Source: Emiliania huxleyi CCMP1516 (lineage: Eukaryota). Taken from it: a stretch of DNA of 64,000 bases. Made by a program: the position numbers and the translations under genes. Position 1 is the first letter of the stretch. Each line of letters opens with the position of its first letter. Positions 10,724 through 22,690 of the stretch are shown here, in pieces. The stretch lies in contig NW_005202428.1 in NCBI RefSeq assembly GCF_000372725.1, positions 1,225,331 through 1,289,330 on the forward strand. The letters are read 5' to 3'. The notes beneath the pieces are model-generated. The model saw only the letters and a program-made list of their open reading frames with translations. It was not told where the DNA came from and did no database searches.

Positions 10724-13456
10724 ATGCGCAGCCTGCTGCTGCTGCTCTCGCTCGCCGGCTCCATCGGGCTGGCGGCTCGCGGCGCAGGCCGTGCTCCTGG
10801 CGGCGGCTCCCGCAGGGTGAGCAGCACAGCTTCCTCTCGCAGATACACAGTCGGTCGTGGCAACGGAGGGAACTCTCAGGGCTCCGTTCGTAGCAATGCA
10901 GCCAACTCTCAGGGCTCCGTTCGTGGCGGTGCATCCTCCGGAGGCGGCAACAGCGGCAGCGCAGCCTCCACAGGCGGTCGTGGCAGCCACGGCCGCGTCG
11001 CTGGCAAGGGCGCCTCGTCGCTCTCGGCCGCCGACAACAAGGCGCGCAAGGCCAGCGAGCGGCGGCTGCAGCTCGAGAAGATGGAGACGAAGCTCGCGGC
11101 GGAGGCCTCCTTCTTCTGGCAGTGCGTCGCAACAGCGACGAGCGGCGGCGATGTCAGCGGCGCCTCTGGCCTCGCGCCGGCCGCGCGCGACGCGGAGGCG
11201 CTCTTTCCACCCGAAGCGGTGGCCAGCCCCGACGCGATCGACTTTTCGCGGTACGATGCGATCCCGGTCAGCCGGCACGGCGCCGGCGAGGCCGTGCCGC
11301 CGCTCGCGGACTTTGCAGACCTGCGGACCGAGCTGCCCTCGTTTGCGGCGGCCAACCTGCTGTCCGACGACCGGCTCGGGTACCGCGCGCCGACGCCGAT
11401 CCAAAAGCACACGGTGCGAGCCCGGCGTCCCTCTCGGCTGGCCAGTGGGGACGGGCCTGGGGAGGAGCGCGGGACCGCGGCTGCATTGCAACAGGTGCCG
11501 CTCGCGCTGGCCGGCCACGACGTGCTCGCGTGCGCGCAGACAGGTCGGGGGAGCTGGTCCTCTTGACTGCCCCTGCGAGCGGCGTCTCTTCATGCAGCCA
11601 GCTGTGAGCAGGGTCCGGCAAGACCGCCGCCTTCCTGCTGCCGCTCATCGCACGCGTCGCTGACGCGGCGCCGGCGCAAGAGCCGTCAACACTCGGACCA
11701 GTTTGGACGGTCTCGGATCAACTCGGGTGAGTTCGGCGTAGGAGCCGCTCGTCGAGGCAGCGCTCGCGCTGCAGGCGGAGGGAGGCCAGGCTGGGGGAGG
11801 CGCGGAGGCGCGGAGCAACGCACAGGGTGGGCCGCAAGGGCGCGGCGGCTTCCGGCTGTCGAGGGCGGCAGAGGGGCGGTTGCGCGCGCGCGGCACGCCC
11901 GCCCGCCCGTCGGCTCTCGTGCTCGCCCCGACGCGCGAGCTCGCCCTGCAGATCGAGCGCGAGTGTGCCAAGCTGACCTTCGAGGCGCCACCGCCGCCGT
12001 CGGGCGCGCGGCATTGGTGTGCGTGCGCGTACGGCGGCGCGACCCCCGTGTGTGCCGCTGGACGCTCCGCCGCCGCCGGTACGAGAGCATCTCGCGGGCC
12101 CTCTCTAGGCGCAAACGCGCGCCCGCAGCTCGAGGTTCTCGCGGCGGGCGCCGAGATTCTGGTGGCGACCCCGGGGCGGCTCGCCGACTTTGTGGGCCGC
12201 GAACTCGTGTCGCTGGCGGCGGTCCAGGTTTTGGTCCTCGATGAGGTGAGAGCCAGCTTGGGAAGGAGCCGCCCGTCCTGGCGAGTAGAGGCAGGTGAAG
12301 CGCTCTCCCGAGGTCTCGTGGACCGGAGAGTTGAGCGGTGTCCCTTTCCACAGGACCTAAGCCGAGATTGTAGCCGAGGTTGTAGCCGAGATTGTAGCCG
12401 AGGTTGTAGCCGCGCGCAGCGCCCCTTGACGGCAGACCTCTGTGACGAGGCGGACCGGATGCTCGACATGGGCTTCGAGCCGCAGATCCGGCGCTGCCCG
12501 CCGAGGGGCCCGCCTGCTCGCCGTCTCTGAGGCGCAGCCTTCCTGTGACAGGCGCCTCGTCGAGCAGAGCGGGCTTCCGCCAAAGGAGCGGCGGGCGACG
12601 CTGCTCTTCTCCGCCACTTTCTCGGCGCCGATGCGGCGCGTGGCGGAGGCGCGCGCTTGCGGCAGCTGGCCGCGACACGTCCTCGACTCGTCCGCGACAC
12701 GTCCGCGACGTGCCGAAGGCGTACTTGCGCGCGCCGCACGCGCGGGTCGAGGTTGGGCGCGTCGGCTCGTCCACGTCCGCCATCGAGCAGAGCCTCGTCC
12801 TCGCGTGCGACGGCGATACAGACAGACAGACAGCCGCCCGCCCGCACACTCCACCAAACGTGGTGCTGCTCGACCCAGGCTCACGCCGCTCGAAGCTCGA
12901 GCTGCTGCTGCCGCTCGTGCGAAAGGACGAGCGCTCCATCGTCTTTTGCGGCAAGAAGCACGTCTGCGCGGCCGTCCGCAAGCGGCTCGGCGCGGCGGGC
13001 GTGAGTGCGGTCGAGATCCACGGAGACCGCTCCCAGTCCCAGCGCGAATCGGCTCTCGCAGACTTCCGCGCCGGCGAGGCGGATGTACTTGTCGCCACAG
13101 ACGTCGCTGCGCGCGGCCTCGACGTGCCAGACGTCGCGCACGTGATCCAGTTTGACTTGCCGAATGGACGCGACGAGTTCGACGCCTATGTCCACCGCAT
13201 CGGCCGCACGGGCCGCGCCGGCAAGACGGGCAGGGCGACGTCTCTCTTCGTGCCCGGCGACGAGCCAAAGGTTGGCAACGGCGCGCTGTGGCTCGACCTC
13301 CACCGCACCTTTGGCGAGTGTGCTCAGCCTTTGCCTGCCTGGTTTGACGGTGTCCGACCGCCGAATGCGCGGCTTCCCGGCGGCGCGGCGGCCCCTGGTC
13401 GCTCGTCGTACGCCCGCAAGCGCCGGGCGAGGGCCGCGAGCCCAAGGACCGACTAG
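10724..13456 (+). CDS. DEAD-box RNA helicase, DDX3/Ded1-like, multi-exon, hydrophobic N-terminus
   Basis: IDFSRYDAIPV, Q-motif PTPIQK, AQTGSGKT (spliced), PTRELA, TPGRL, LDE|ADRMLDMGFEPQIR, SAT, TDVAARGLD, YVHRIGRTGRAG. Confidence 0.92.
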
Positions 13457-13618
13457 ACTCGTGTTCGGAGTATCCCGTGTGTGGCGTGAATTACCCGACG
13501 CCACGCGCACTTGGAGCACTGGGAGTGCGGTCATTAGCCTCACCACGCCCCGATTCGTCTCATTTGCATTTGCATGACGATCGGCCGTCGATCCCCCGAG
13601 CCGGCTCGCCGAGCGCCG

Positions 13619-14635
13619 AGGTACGAGGGTCCTCGGCTGAGCTAGGCCTCGAAGGGCCTAACGCTAAGCGCACTGGTTGGGTAGTAGTCTAAGTTCTGAG
13701 CCTCGAGGCTGAGCGGGTCTAAGTGTGACTAGTCACGCTGGGGTGCTTACGCGGTCTAAGATCAGCGAGAGCCTCTTACATCGGCTAAGTCGGCCGTGGC
13801 ACAGCCTGGGGCCAAGAGGCTCCCACCGTGATCAACGATACGGCGCTAGCCCCCAAATTTTCTTCGCCTGCGGCGGGCGCCTTCTAATCCGGATCGATCC
13901 TCCTCATGCCTCAGCAATCGCCGCCTCAGCATCCTCCTCTTCCGATTCTCGTTGCTCTTCTTGAGCGCAATCTCTAGCCAAACATTTCTCACATAAATAG
14001 CCTCAAGCTCAAACAAACGCATGTCAGAGAAGCCTGTGTATGCTGGTCCTCTTTGAACGATCCGCGCGTGAGGTAGATCTAGCATAGGGCCTTGTTGGCA
14101 GCAGCCAGCTTGTTGCGCTGCTTCGTTGCGATGAGCTGATTGGGATCGCAGAAGTGCATGCCAAGCACCGCCACGATCTTGAAGCAGAACACATCGCAAC
14201 CGCATCGTCCGCACTGCCATCGGCATGCCGCGCCCGCCGCTTCGCCGCAGCCGCCTTAAGACACGCATAGCGGCAGCACATGCTACGGTGCGCGTACTTG
14301 AGCAGGAGTTGCGCGCCGCAAGTCGCGCACTGGCCCTGGGACAAGGCGATATGGCGTCGTGCGCGGCATACGTTGGTCGGGACGCGTCCAGGTATTTTTC
14401 GGGTAAACCTGGACTTTTGCAGGTATACCCGGGTTTTACCCGGATTTGGCCTTGTGCCGTCTAAGTTCATGGCCCCCGACCATACAGCGTCTAAGTCCGA
14501 GCCCGGCTCCGTGCGGGGGCTAAGTTGAGCGCTCGCTCGCTGCAGAGGCTAAGTGTAGAGCGACCCTCTAGCCCTACTACCCAACCATTCTAAGCGCTAA
14601 GGGTGTAGGGAGGGAGCCCTAGAGCCCTCGTGCCT
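13619..14635. mobile_element. Putative MITE-like element with imperfect TIRs
   Basis: Inverted pairs AGGTACGAGGG/CCCTCGTGCCT and TGGTTGGGTAGTAG (13674-13687)/CTACTACCCAACCA (14574-14587). Many CTAAG subterminal motifs. No TSD found. Confidence 0.55.
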
Positions 14636-14807
14636 ACTTCAGAGCCTGGCGATGACCGATGTCGAGCGATGGGGACCACGCGTCCACGGACCTGGAGGCT
14701 CCACGCCACCGCGACACTCCCATCATGGGCATCTCCCATCTTTTTTATGACCAGTCCGTAGAACAGCCGTGTCCTTGATCTTGTGTGTCTCTTATCACCC
14801 TACTGTG

Positions 14808-14885
14808 GCTCGCACCTCAACCTCTCACAGACCAGCGCACAGCGCCATAAGGAGGTATTTTCTTCTCAATAACAAGGCTGTGAAT
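14808..14885 (+). repeat. ~77-bp dispersed repeat (second copy 48200-48276)
   Basis: GCTCGCACCTCAACCTCTCACAG...GAGGTATTTTCTTCTCAATAACAAGGCTGTGAA is nearly identical at both loci. Confidence 0.85.
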
Positions 14886-15356
14886 CGGATTTTCCGATTA
14901 GTTTACTTGAGTAAATTCGCGGCGTTCGCGGCGAGCCGAGCCAGGCCACGGCGCTCGGCCTGCTGAGAGAAGACCTGCCCGGACGGCAGTGACAAGTTAC
15001 CCGACAGCAATCGTCGACGGCAAGCTCGAGAACTGCGCCTCCAAAGTCGCCCAGATTCGCCTCTCGCGGCGCGCTGAGTTAGTATCGCCGGTGCGCCAGC
15101 CGGCTCTGCTCCACAGCAGGGCATGCCTGACTGGCTCCTGCTAGCCGTGCGTCCTGGTGGCATCCATAGCCAGCTCAGGTAGCCGCAGGAGGTCGCCTCG
15201 CGCACGACTCGGCGCCGCACATCACCGCTCCGCGTTACTACCGAGTTAGTATCGTCGACCCACAGAGACTGCTCTTCTGTAGGTGGAGCCGACAAACGCC
15301 GGCCGGGTCGGCCCCGCCGCCCCCATCGCCGCCGCCGGGGCGGCGGCGGCCTCGGC

Positions 15357-16635
15357 GGACCATCCGGCGCGCCGCGCGCCCGACGGGGAGGTGTTCACCA
15401 CTCTTTTCTCCTCACCCCGCCACGCCTTCGTGCAGACGCCGTGGCACCCACCTCAGGCGCCGCCCGGACTCGGTTTACGGCCGCCCAAGTGCTTGGCTCG
15501 TGCCCAGCCGACCGGAAGGCGTTGCCCACTCACTGCTAGGCTAATCTCGGGCTGTCAAGCGGCGGTGTGGTGCCGTGAAGGGCACCGGGACCAAAACTAC
15601 GACCATTAGTACCGTTCCCGGGCAGTGGATTTAATTCTGTCAAAAATCGAGATGTGCTCCGTGGGATGTATTGGGCTAGGATCATGCGTCCGGGAGGCCC
15701 CCCTTGCGTGCCGCAACGACCCACAGTCCTGGTACCACTCTGTTCACGTTCACAGCTGTAAAGTGGACCATATAACACCGATACTGGAGGCGTGGTGTGT
15801 TGGTGCCAGTGCGCGCGCCCGTGCCAGATTGTAAAATTCTTCCTTTACTGCAACCCTGTGTGGTGACGGCGTGCCGTTCTCCCATCCCTCCCTTGGGTTG
15901 TCGGTTTTCTTTCTTTCTTTCAGGCGACGGCAAAAATGCAAGCCCCGCCCCTGGCCACTGTTTAGAAGAGGAAACGAGCACTTAGAGCACTTAGAGGACC
16001 ATCCGGCGCGCCGCGCGCCCGACGGGGAGGTGTTCACCACTCTTTTCTCCTCACCCCGCCACGCCTTCGTGCAGACGCCGTGGCACCCACCTCAGGCGCC
16101 GCCCGGACTCGGTTTACGGCCGCCCAAGTGCTTCTCGTGCCCAGCCGACCGGAAGGCGTTGCCCACTCACTGCTAGGCTAATCTCGGGCTGTCAAGCGGC
16201 GGTGTGGTGCCGTGAAGGGCACCGGGACCAAAACTACGACCATTAGTACCGTTCGCGTTCCCGGGCAGTGGATTTAATTCTGTCAAAAATCGAGATGTGC
16301 TCCGTGGGATGTATTGGGCTAGGATCATGCGTCCGGGAGGCCCCCCTTGCGTGCCGCAACGACCCACAGTCCTGGTACCACTCTGTTCACGTTCACAGCT
16401 GTAAAGTGGACCATATAACACCGATACTGGAGGCGTGGTGTGTTGGTGCCAGTGCGCGCGCCCGTGCCAGATTGTAAAATTCTTCCTTTACTGCAACCCT
16501 GTGTGGTGACGGCGTGCCGTTCTCCCATCCCTCCCTTGGGTTGTCGGTTTTCTTTCTTTCTTTCAGGCGACGGCAAAAATGCAAGCCCCGCCCCTGGCCA
16601 CTGTTTAGAAGAGGAAACGAGCACTTAGAGCACTT
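15357..16635. repeat. ~640-bp direct tandem duplication (15357-15995, 15996-16635)
   Basis: Two near-identical copies starting GGACCATCCGGCGC; the ORF track shows duplicated identical ORFs. Confidence 0.95.
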
Positions 16636-16836
16636 GGGTGCACTTGGAGCACTTGGAGTGCAGTCATCAGCCTCACATCCAGGGCGACCGCGTTTTCTTC
16701 CTTCTTTCTTGTGACTGCAACCCGGTGCGGTCGGGTGCGGTCGGGCTCGCGAGGGCAGACGGATCCCCCCTGTGGAAAAGTGAGGCGTGGTCTCTACTCG
16801 CCATCTCTCGCCAGCCAGTCGGGCCGCTCGCATCCA

Positions 16837-18939
16837 ATGACTGCGCCGCTGCTGGCTTCGCTGCTGCTGTCGTCGCTCAATATTTTTGCCGAAGTGGCCA
16901 CGCCGCAGACCGTGACGCTCAACAACGGCCTAGTAATGCCCAAGCTCGCATTCGCCGCCAACGTGTGGCCCGCAGCGACTTGCCGCAACGCCACTCACCT
17001 CGCCCTCGACGCTGGCTTTCGCTTCGTGTGGTCGTCGGCGCTGGTGCACTTGGAGTGCCAGCGGGCGCAGCGCGAGGCGATTTCCGAGCACCCGACGGTA
17101 CGGCGCGCCGACCTCTTTTTGGCGGGCACCGTCGATACGCAGGGCTGCGCCACACTCGACGACTGCCGCTCGGCCACGCTGGCCGGGGCGCATGCGCAAT
17201 TTCGGATCCTCGGGCCCGAGCCGCTCGAGATGCTCATGCTCGACTATCCGAGCTCGGCCGGCTGTGCCGGCATCACCGGGCAGTGGCAGGCCTTGACCGC
17301 CCTGTACCGCGCCGGCAAGGTGCGCTCTGTGGCGGTGAGCAACTTTGCGGCTGCGCAGCTGTCGTGCCTCTTCTCTGCGGAGGGGGAGGGCGGCGCGGTG
17401 GTGCCGCCCGTGGCGAACCAGATGCGGTTCTACGTCGGCCACACCGGGGTCGACCTCGGACTCAACGCGCGGCACGGCATCGTCGTTCAGGCCTACAGCC
17501 CGCTCGGCAACGGCGCCCTGATACCCGCTGCTCCTGCTGCCACCAAGCTGGAGCCTCCCCGAGCCTCTCAGCCTTCTACCGTAGGCGCCCTCGCATCGGA
17601 CCCGCTGCTCGCGGCGATCGGCAGGGCGCACGGCAAGAGCGCGGCGCAGGTGGCGCTGCGCTACATCCTGCAGAAGAACGTGACGGTCGCGACGCAGAGC
17701 ACGTCGCAGGCCGCAGTACGCCTCAGCGGCGAGGCTGTGTAGAGGTGCGGAGCCAAGCTCTCGCCGATTGCGATAGGTGCACCTCGCCGAGGATGCCGCC
17801 CTCTTCGGCTGGAGCCTCGGTGCGGCGGAGATGGCGAGGCTGGACGTGTACCACCGCCGGGTGGAGAGGCTCGACGCGCTCCACGAGGCGACCGCCAGAG
17901 AGGAGGAGCCCGCCGGGGAGGAGGAGCCCGCCGGGGAGGTTGTGCCGCCGTCCTGCCCGCCCGGCACCGTGCCGTGGCCGGGCGAGGCGTGCGAACCCCT
18001 TCGACGCGCGGAGGCGTCCGCGCGCGCCTTTCTGCGCGCAAACATGTTCCCCTTCGACGCGCCCAACGCGGCGACGCTCTTCGACGACTTCTCGGCGAGC
18101 ACTTCGTCCGGCGTCGCGCAGGCGACCGCCTCGCTCGCCCTCTCTGCGCGCACGCGGTTCGGCTGGGCGGCGAGCGTGCCACGCCGCCTCTTCGAGGGGT
18201 ACGTGCTGCCGTACGCAAGCGTGAACGAGGCGCGGACCGATTGGCGGCAGCTGCTCTGGGAGGCGCTCACGCCGCAGCCGTGGGTGGAGGCGCTGCCGAA
18301 CACGTCGTCGGTCGAGAGCGTGGCGGTCGCTGTGAACCGGAACCTGTGGGGCGCGCTAGGCAACCTGACGGGCCGGCGCGTGGCGACGCTTCCAGCAGCC
18401 TCCCCTGAGCCCAACACTGAGTGTTCTCCATGCAACCTTCCAGGCGCGAGGCGATCCGCTTCAAGTCGGACCAGACGCCGCTCGTCTACGACCCGCTCTC
18501 GACCATCCTGTTTGGCTACGCGTCCTGCACCGGCGTCTCGATCGCCTACGTCGACGCGCTACGCACGCTCGGCGTGCCGGCGCGGCTCGCAGGCACGCCC
18601 GCGTGGCACGGCAAGCCAGAGGCTGGCAACCACAACTGGGTGGAGGTGTGGCTCAACGCGACTGCTGGCTGGCGCTTCATCGAGGCGGCGCCCGCCGGCG
18701 CGGGCGAGACCTTCTCCGACCCGTGCGACAAGTGGTTCTGCAACAAGGCGCACTTTGGGGGGGGCACGCGCGTGTTCGCCGCGGCGTTCCGGAGGGAGGA
18801 ATACGGCGAGGGGCGCGCGGCGACGCACTACCCGATGGCGTGGGACCTCGACAACAAGGGCGTGGTGGGCGTCGACAGGTCCGAGTACTATGCGAGCGTG
18901 TGCGGCGCGTGCGGAGGAGTCGAGGGTGCCGCGCGTTAA
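16837..18939 (+). CDS. Aldo-keto-reductase-like domain fused to a transglutaminase-like domain, predicted signal peptide
   Basis: AKR fold motifs VTLNNGLVMP, GKVRSVAVSNF, QAYSPLG, HGKSAAQVALRY. The AKR tail (VHLAEDAALFGWSL) shares one ORF (17777..) with the TGase-like part (YVLPYASVNEARTDWR; then YASCTG, GVPARLAGTP, GNHNWVEVW). GC-AG introns at 17513-17584, 17710-17776 and 18376-18443. Confidence 0.8.
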
Positions 18940-20445
18940 ACGCTTTATGTGTTTAGAGACTAGCCGCTCGTGTCGTCACCGCCGGCCGACTACACGGTAA
19001 GGCATACGGACCTTGCAGAAAACCTTTTCCTTCTAAGCAGGGCTACACAATGACCCTATAGTGTGTGGGTGGTCCTGGCGAGTTGTGATGAGTAGAATTA
19101 GACTAGCCAATACTATTTTGAAGTTCATATATGAAAATACCAACTTGCCTATGTGCACGTCTCCGCCGCGGCGGCCCGGAGGCGGCCCGGCGGAGCGGTC
19201 AGAGCAGCACTGCGCGGGCCGGCGATCGACTCTCGACTATAGTACGGGCTCTATTGAATGGCCTCAAGGTGCTCTCTAGGGCTGCCCTATTCCGCTCGCC
19301 CGGCTACGTCGCCGGGCTTCGAAGGAAAAGGTTTCGCTCGGCACGGCGTCGGAGAGCAAACTTCGACGTTCGTCCTATAGTGGAAGCTGGACGCACGTAG
19401 GCAAGTGGCCCATGACCAGGCGGGCTGCTGCTCAGAATCTGGGCCGTCGGCGCTCGCTCTCGCGCTCTTCATAACGGCGTTGCCCCCTCCCTCCCGCGCC
19501 GACGTTGGGCAGCCCGACCACGACAACGTCAGCGCCGCTGGCCTGCAACTCGAGGCGCCTTTGAATGAGCACGAGCCGGTGCGCGGCGGCGGCGCGGGTG
19601 ATGCAGCCCAAGGTGACGGCGACGGCAGAGGGGGCGGCGCCGGCGGCGGAGGAGGCGGCAGCGGCGGCGATGGCCGCGGGGTCGGCCCGCCCGCCTTTGC
19701 TGCTGGTGCTGTGGGCATCATCACAGCTCAGCGGCGGTGTGCGACCAGGGCCAGTGGTAGACTTTCGACGCGGTGAGGCTGCTCTCTGAGCAATGACACT
19801 AGCAAGAGCATCATGTGTGTCATCGGAGTCACTTGTATTACGATACCACCACGCCGCCACGCTCGCAAGGGCCGCCTAAGCGCCTAAGCACCCTAAGCAC
19901 CCCCCCGCTTAGGCCGCTTAGGCGCTTAGGCGAGTGACGGCCGGCTGCCCGGGGCCTGGCGTGCCTCCGCCGTGGGCTGAGCGCCCGGGAGAGCCACTCT
20001 GCAAGTGGTGTGCGAGCGTGTAGCCTTTAGCGTGCAGTCGGCCCGCCGGGTCCTTCCTAGGCCGGCGCCCGTCACAAAAAAAGCGCCCGTCACAGATTAC
20101 CGTAGTGTCGGTTGTAATCATTAGGGCAGGGAATAAACCAACGGACGTGGGACGAACGGGTTTTCTTTTTGGGGGTAGATCTGGAAACAATCTTGGATGA
20201 TGGATCGCTTGACGCTTCACCGTGTCTCTCTCTGCAGCTGCACCGCCACGCGCCCTAGCACGCGCCAGAGCGGCCCGGAACTAAATCGCCGTAGAGCCGT
20301 AGACGGTGGAGCCCGGGGCGCGGGGGGGCGGGGGGGAGGCATTTGAGCGCGATGTCCGCCTGCTCGTCCTGGTGGGGGGGCAACTACAGCGGGGCGTCAC
20401 ACCCGAAAGAGCCTGGAACTCTGGATAGAGACACTGAGAGGGACC

Positions 20446-20511
20446 CGCTCGCGGCGTCGCCATCGGCGCAACCACCTCCCACGCATTCGCAGCCGGGTCG
20501 TACCGCTCCAT
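20446..20511 (-). pseudogene. Isolated Kelch-repeat fragment
   Basis: MERYDPAANAWEVVAPMATPR matches the Kelch consensus ExYDPxxxxWxxxAPMxxxR; no full gene around it. Confidence 0.55.
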
Positions 20512-20719
20512 CGATTACATGGCAGGAAAGCAGAAACAAATGCGGGGTGGCCGTTTTGAATTCAGACCAGCTCGCCCGGCTTCGACTGCAAACGAGGTTC
20601 TTTGATGGAGATGCCCTCGGGAAAACGAGGCTCACAGCCGCTTCAAAGTCCTCTTGCAAGTCCCAGGCGAGGCTGCTTTGGGCCGCGGTTGCTTCCGCTC
20701 ACCTCGCCCACTCATGCGT

Positions 20720-22690
20720 CTAGGGGAGGGGGGAGGGGGGGTTAGGATTGAAACAGGGGAGAGGGCGAGAGAAGGAGATCGACGAACCTTTGCATTTATT
20801 GCTCTTCCACTTGCAGCCCTTCACCCCCTTGCACTTCTTCCTTGTGGAGTGTGCGGAGCAGCCCACCTCACACTGTCTATTCTTCCACCGGCACGCCTTG
20901 TCCTTCATACATTTTTTCTTCTTTGTGAGCGCGGAGCAGCCCACCTCGCACTGTCTATTCTTCCACCGGCACGCTTCATCCTTTTTGCACTTTTTCTTTG
21001 AGGAGATCGTTGCGCAGTGCGGTAGAGGAGGCGGCGAGGCGGAGGGCGGCGGCGAGGCCGAGGTCGGAGGCGGCGCCGAGGGCGAAGCGGGGATGCACAC
21101 GCAGTTGCCCCAGAGCGTCGAGTAGATGGCCTCGATTGAGCACCATGCGGTGTTATCGTTGTCGATCGTAGTGCACTCGCTGTACGTTGCGCCGTCGTAG
21201 GTGAAGGGGAAGACACAGGTTGAGCCCTCCGGAGCTGAGCCGCCTGTGGTCGTGCACGGTGCCGGAGGCGAGTCGAGCGAATCGCGGAAGTTCGCCACGG
21301 CCAGCTTGTTGTCCAGGAAGGTCTGGGCGACCATGTTGTGCTGGTCTCCGATGATCTTGCCAGAGTAGGTCGTCCAGACGTTGGACAGCCGCTGGACTCT
21401 GGGACAGTAGGTCGGACAATTGTACGCCATGATCGAGCGGAACTCGTCGTCGGGGTCCTGCCATCCGTAGCCATATCCGTCGCCTGTTGCCGGCAGACCA
21501 AGTTCCGCTCGGTCGTGATCAGCACCCATGTTGTGTCCGAGCTCGTGAAGGAACGAGAAGTAGCCCCTGTCGAGAGCGAGTGGCGTCGGCCTTTGGCCAG
21601 AGAAGGTTAGGAGGCCAGGGCTACAAGGCGACGGGCAGGACTCACGTGGCGCAATTGTAATCCGAGATCGAGAAGCCTCGCGACTCGGACCCGGTGAACT
21701 GATTGGACATGCCACAATATGCATCGTCGGTGATTATGGCTGCCACGAGATCGGCACCGTGTGCGTCGCGTCTCGTGTGGACATCGTCCATGAACCCGTC
21801 GCCATCATTCCTTAGATGGCTCAAGGTGCTGCTGAAGTTGGTCTCGACGTAGCTCGGTTCGTAGTACACATGGACGATCCTGAACCTGAGCTCGGCCGAA
21901 GTGATGCCCGAATTGTCGAGAGCGGCGTTGGACTCTTCCAGCGCTAGCTCAATGCGGTCCTCGATCGTCTGCTTGACGGAGGGAGAATCCACAGGGTCCG
22001 GACAAGTCTCGTACGAATAGCCGGCATCTGCGCACACTGCACACGGGAGGAGGAGAGTGTCAGTGTGGAGCTGAGAGGATGGAGGGCGGGCGTGCAGCTA
22101 CGGTCCGAGTACGCACTGGCAGCTCTCGTGTACAGAACGAGCAGGTCGATCACGGTCCCATCGTCCACGTTTGTCATCTTTTGACGCCCAGGTGGCACCG
22201 CTCCGGGCGTATCTTCAGGGTCAGGATCATCCTTGAAGGCGGACGCGTTGCGCGCTGAGAGAAGCACCTCCCCGCTCGGGAGGGTCTTGATGCTGTAGAT
22301 GGTGCCCGCCGTGGTGACCGAGCCGACGAGCCGGCCGCCGCTCGAGATGAGGAGGTTGGCGACTGAGCCGCTCTTCGCCTCGGTTCCGTGCCAAAATCGG
22401 CCGCTGTCGGTCCTCTGGGTCTTAAAGGCGGTGGTCGCTGCGCCTTCGGCGAGCTGCACGCCGACCTCCGTGACGTTGGCAAAGTCGTGCTGGGCGTTCA
22501 CGTCGGCAACGTCATGCCGGGCGCTCCTGACTACCGTCTCCTGCCACGTGAGTTGGCCAAGAGCCCCGGGCACAGCCCGAGCACTGGGTTGGGAAGCCAA
22601 GCGGAGCGAGATCGCCCGGAGTGAGACCCGGCTCTCCTCGCCGCCGTGTACTGAGGCCCACATGAGGGTGAACAGGAAGAGCGCGTTCAT
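20720..22690 (-). CDS. Secreted metzincin metalloprotease (reprolysin-like/M12B-like) with fibronectin type II domain and Lys/Cys-rich C-terminal repeats
   Basis: Signal-like MNALFLFTLMWASVHG; IDLLVLYT; RRDAHGADLV; zinc motif HELGHNMGADH; Met-turn SIMAY; FnII-like CVFPFTYDGATYSECT...WCS...WGNC; Pro-rich linker; three K/C-rich repeats such as KKKCKKDEACRWKNRQC. Confidence 0.85.

Noticed and set aside
19405..19776. Gly-rich ORF as a gene
   Set aside because: Low complexity, no motif and no ATG-led support; cannot be distinguished from chance.
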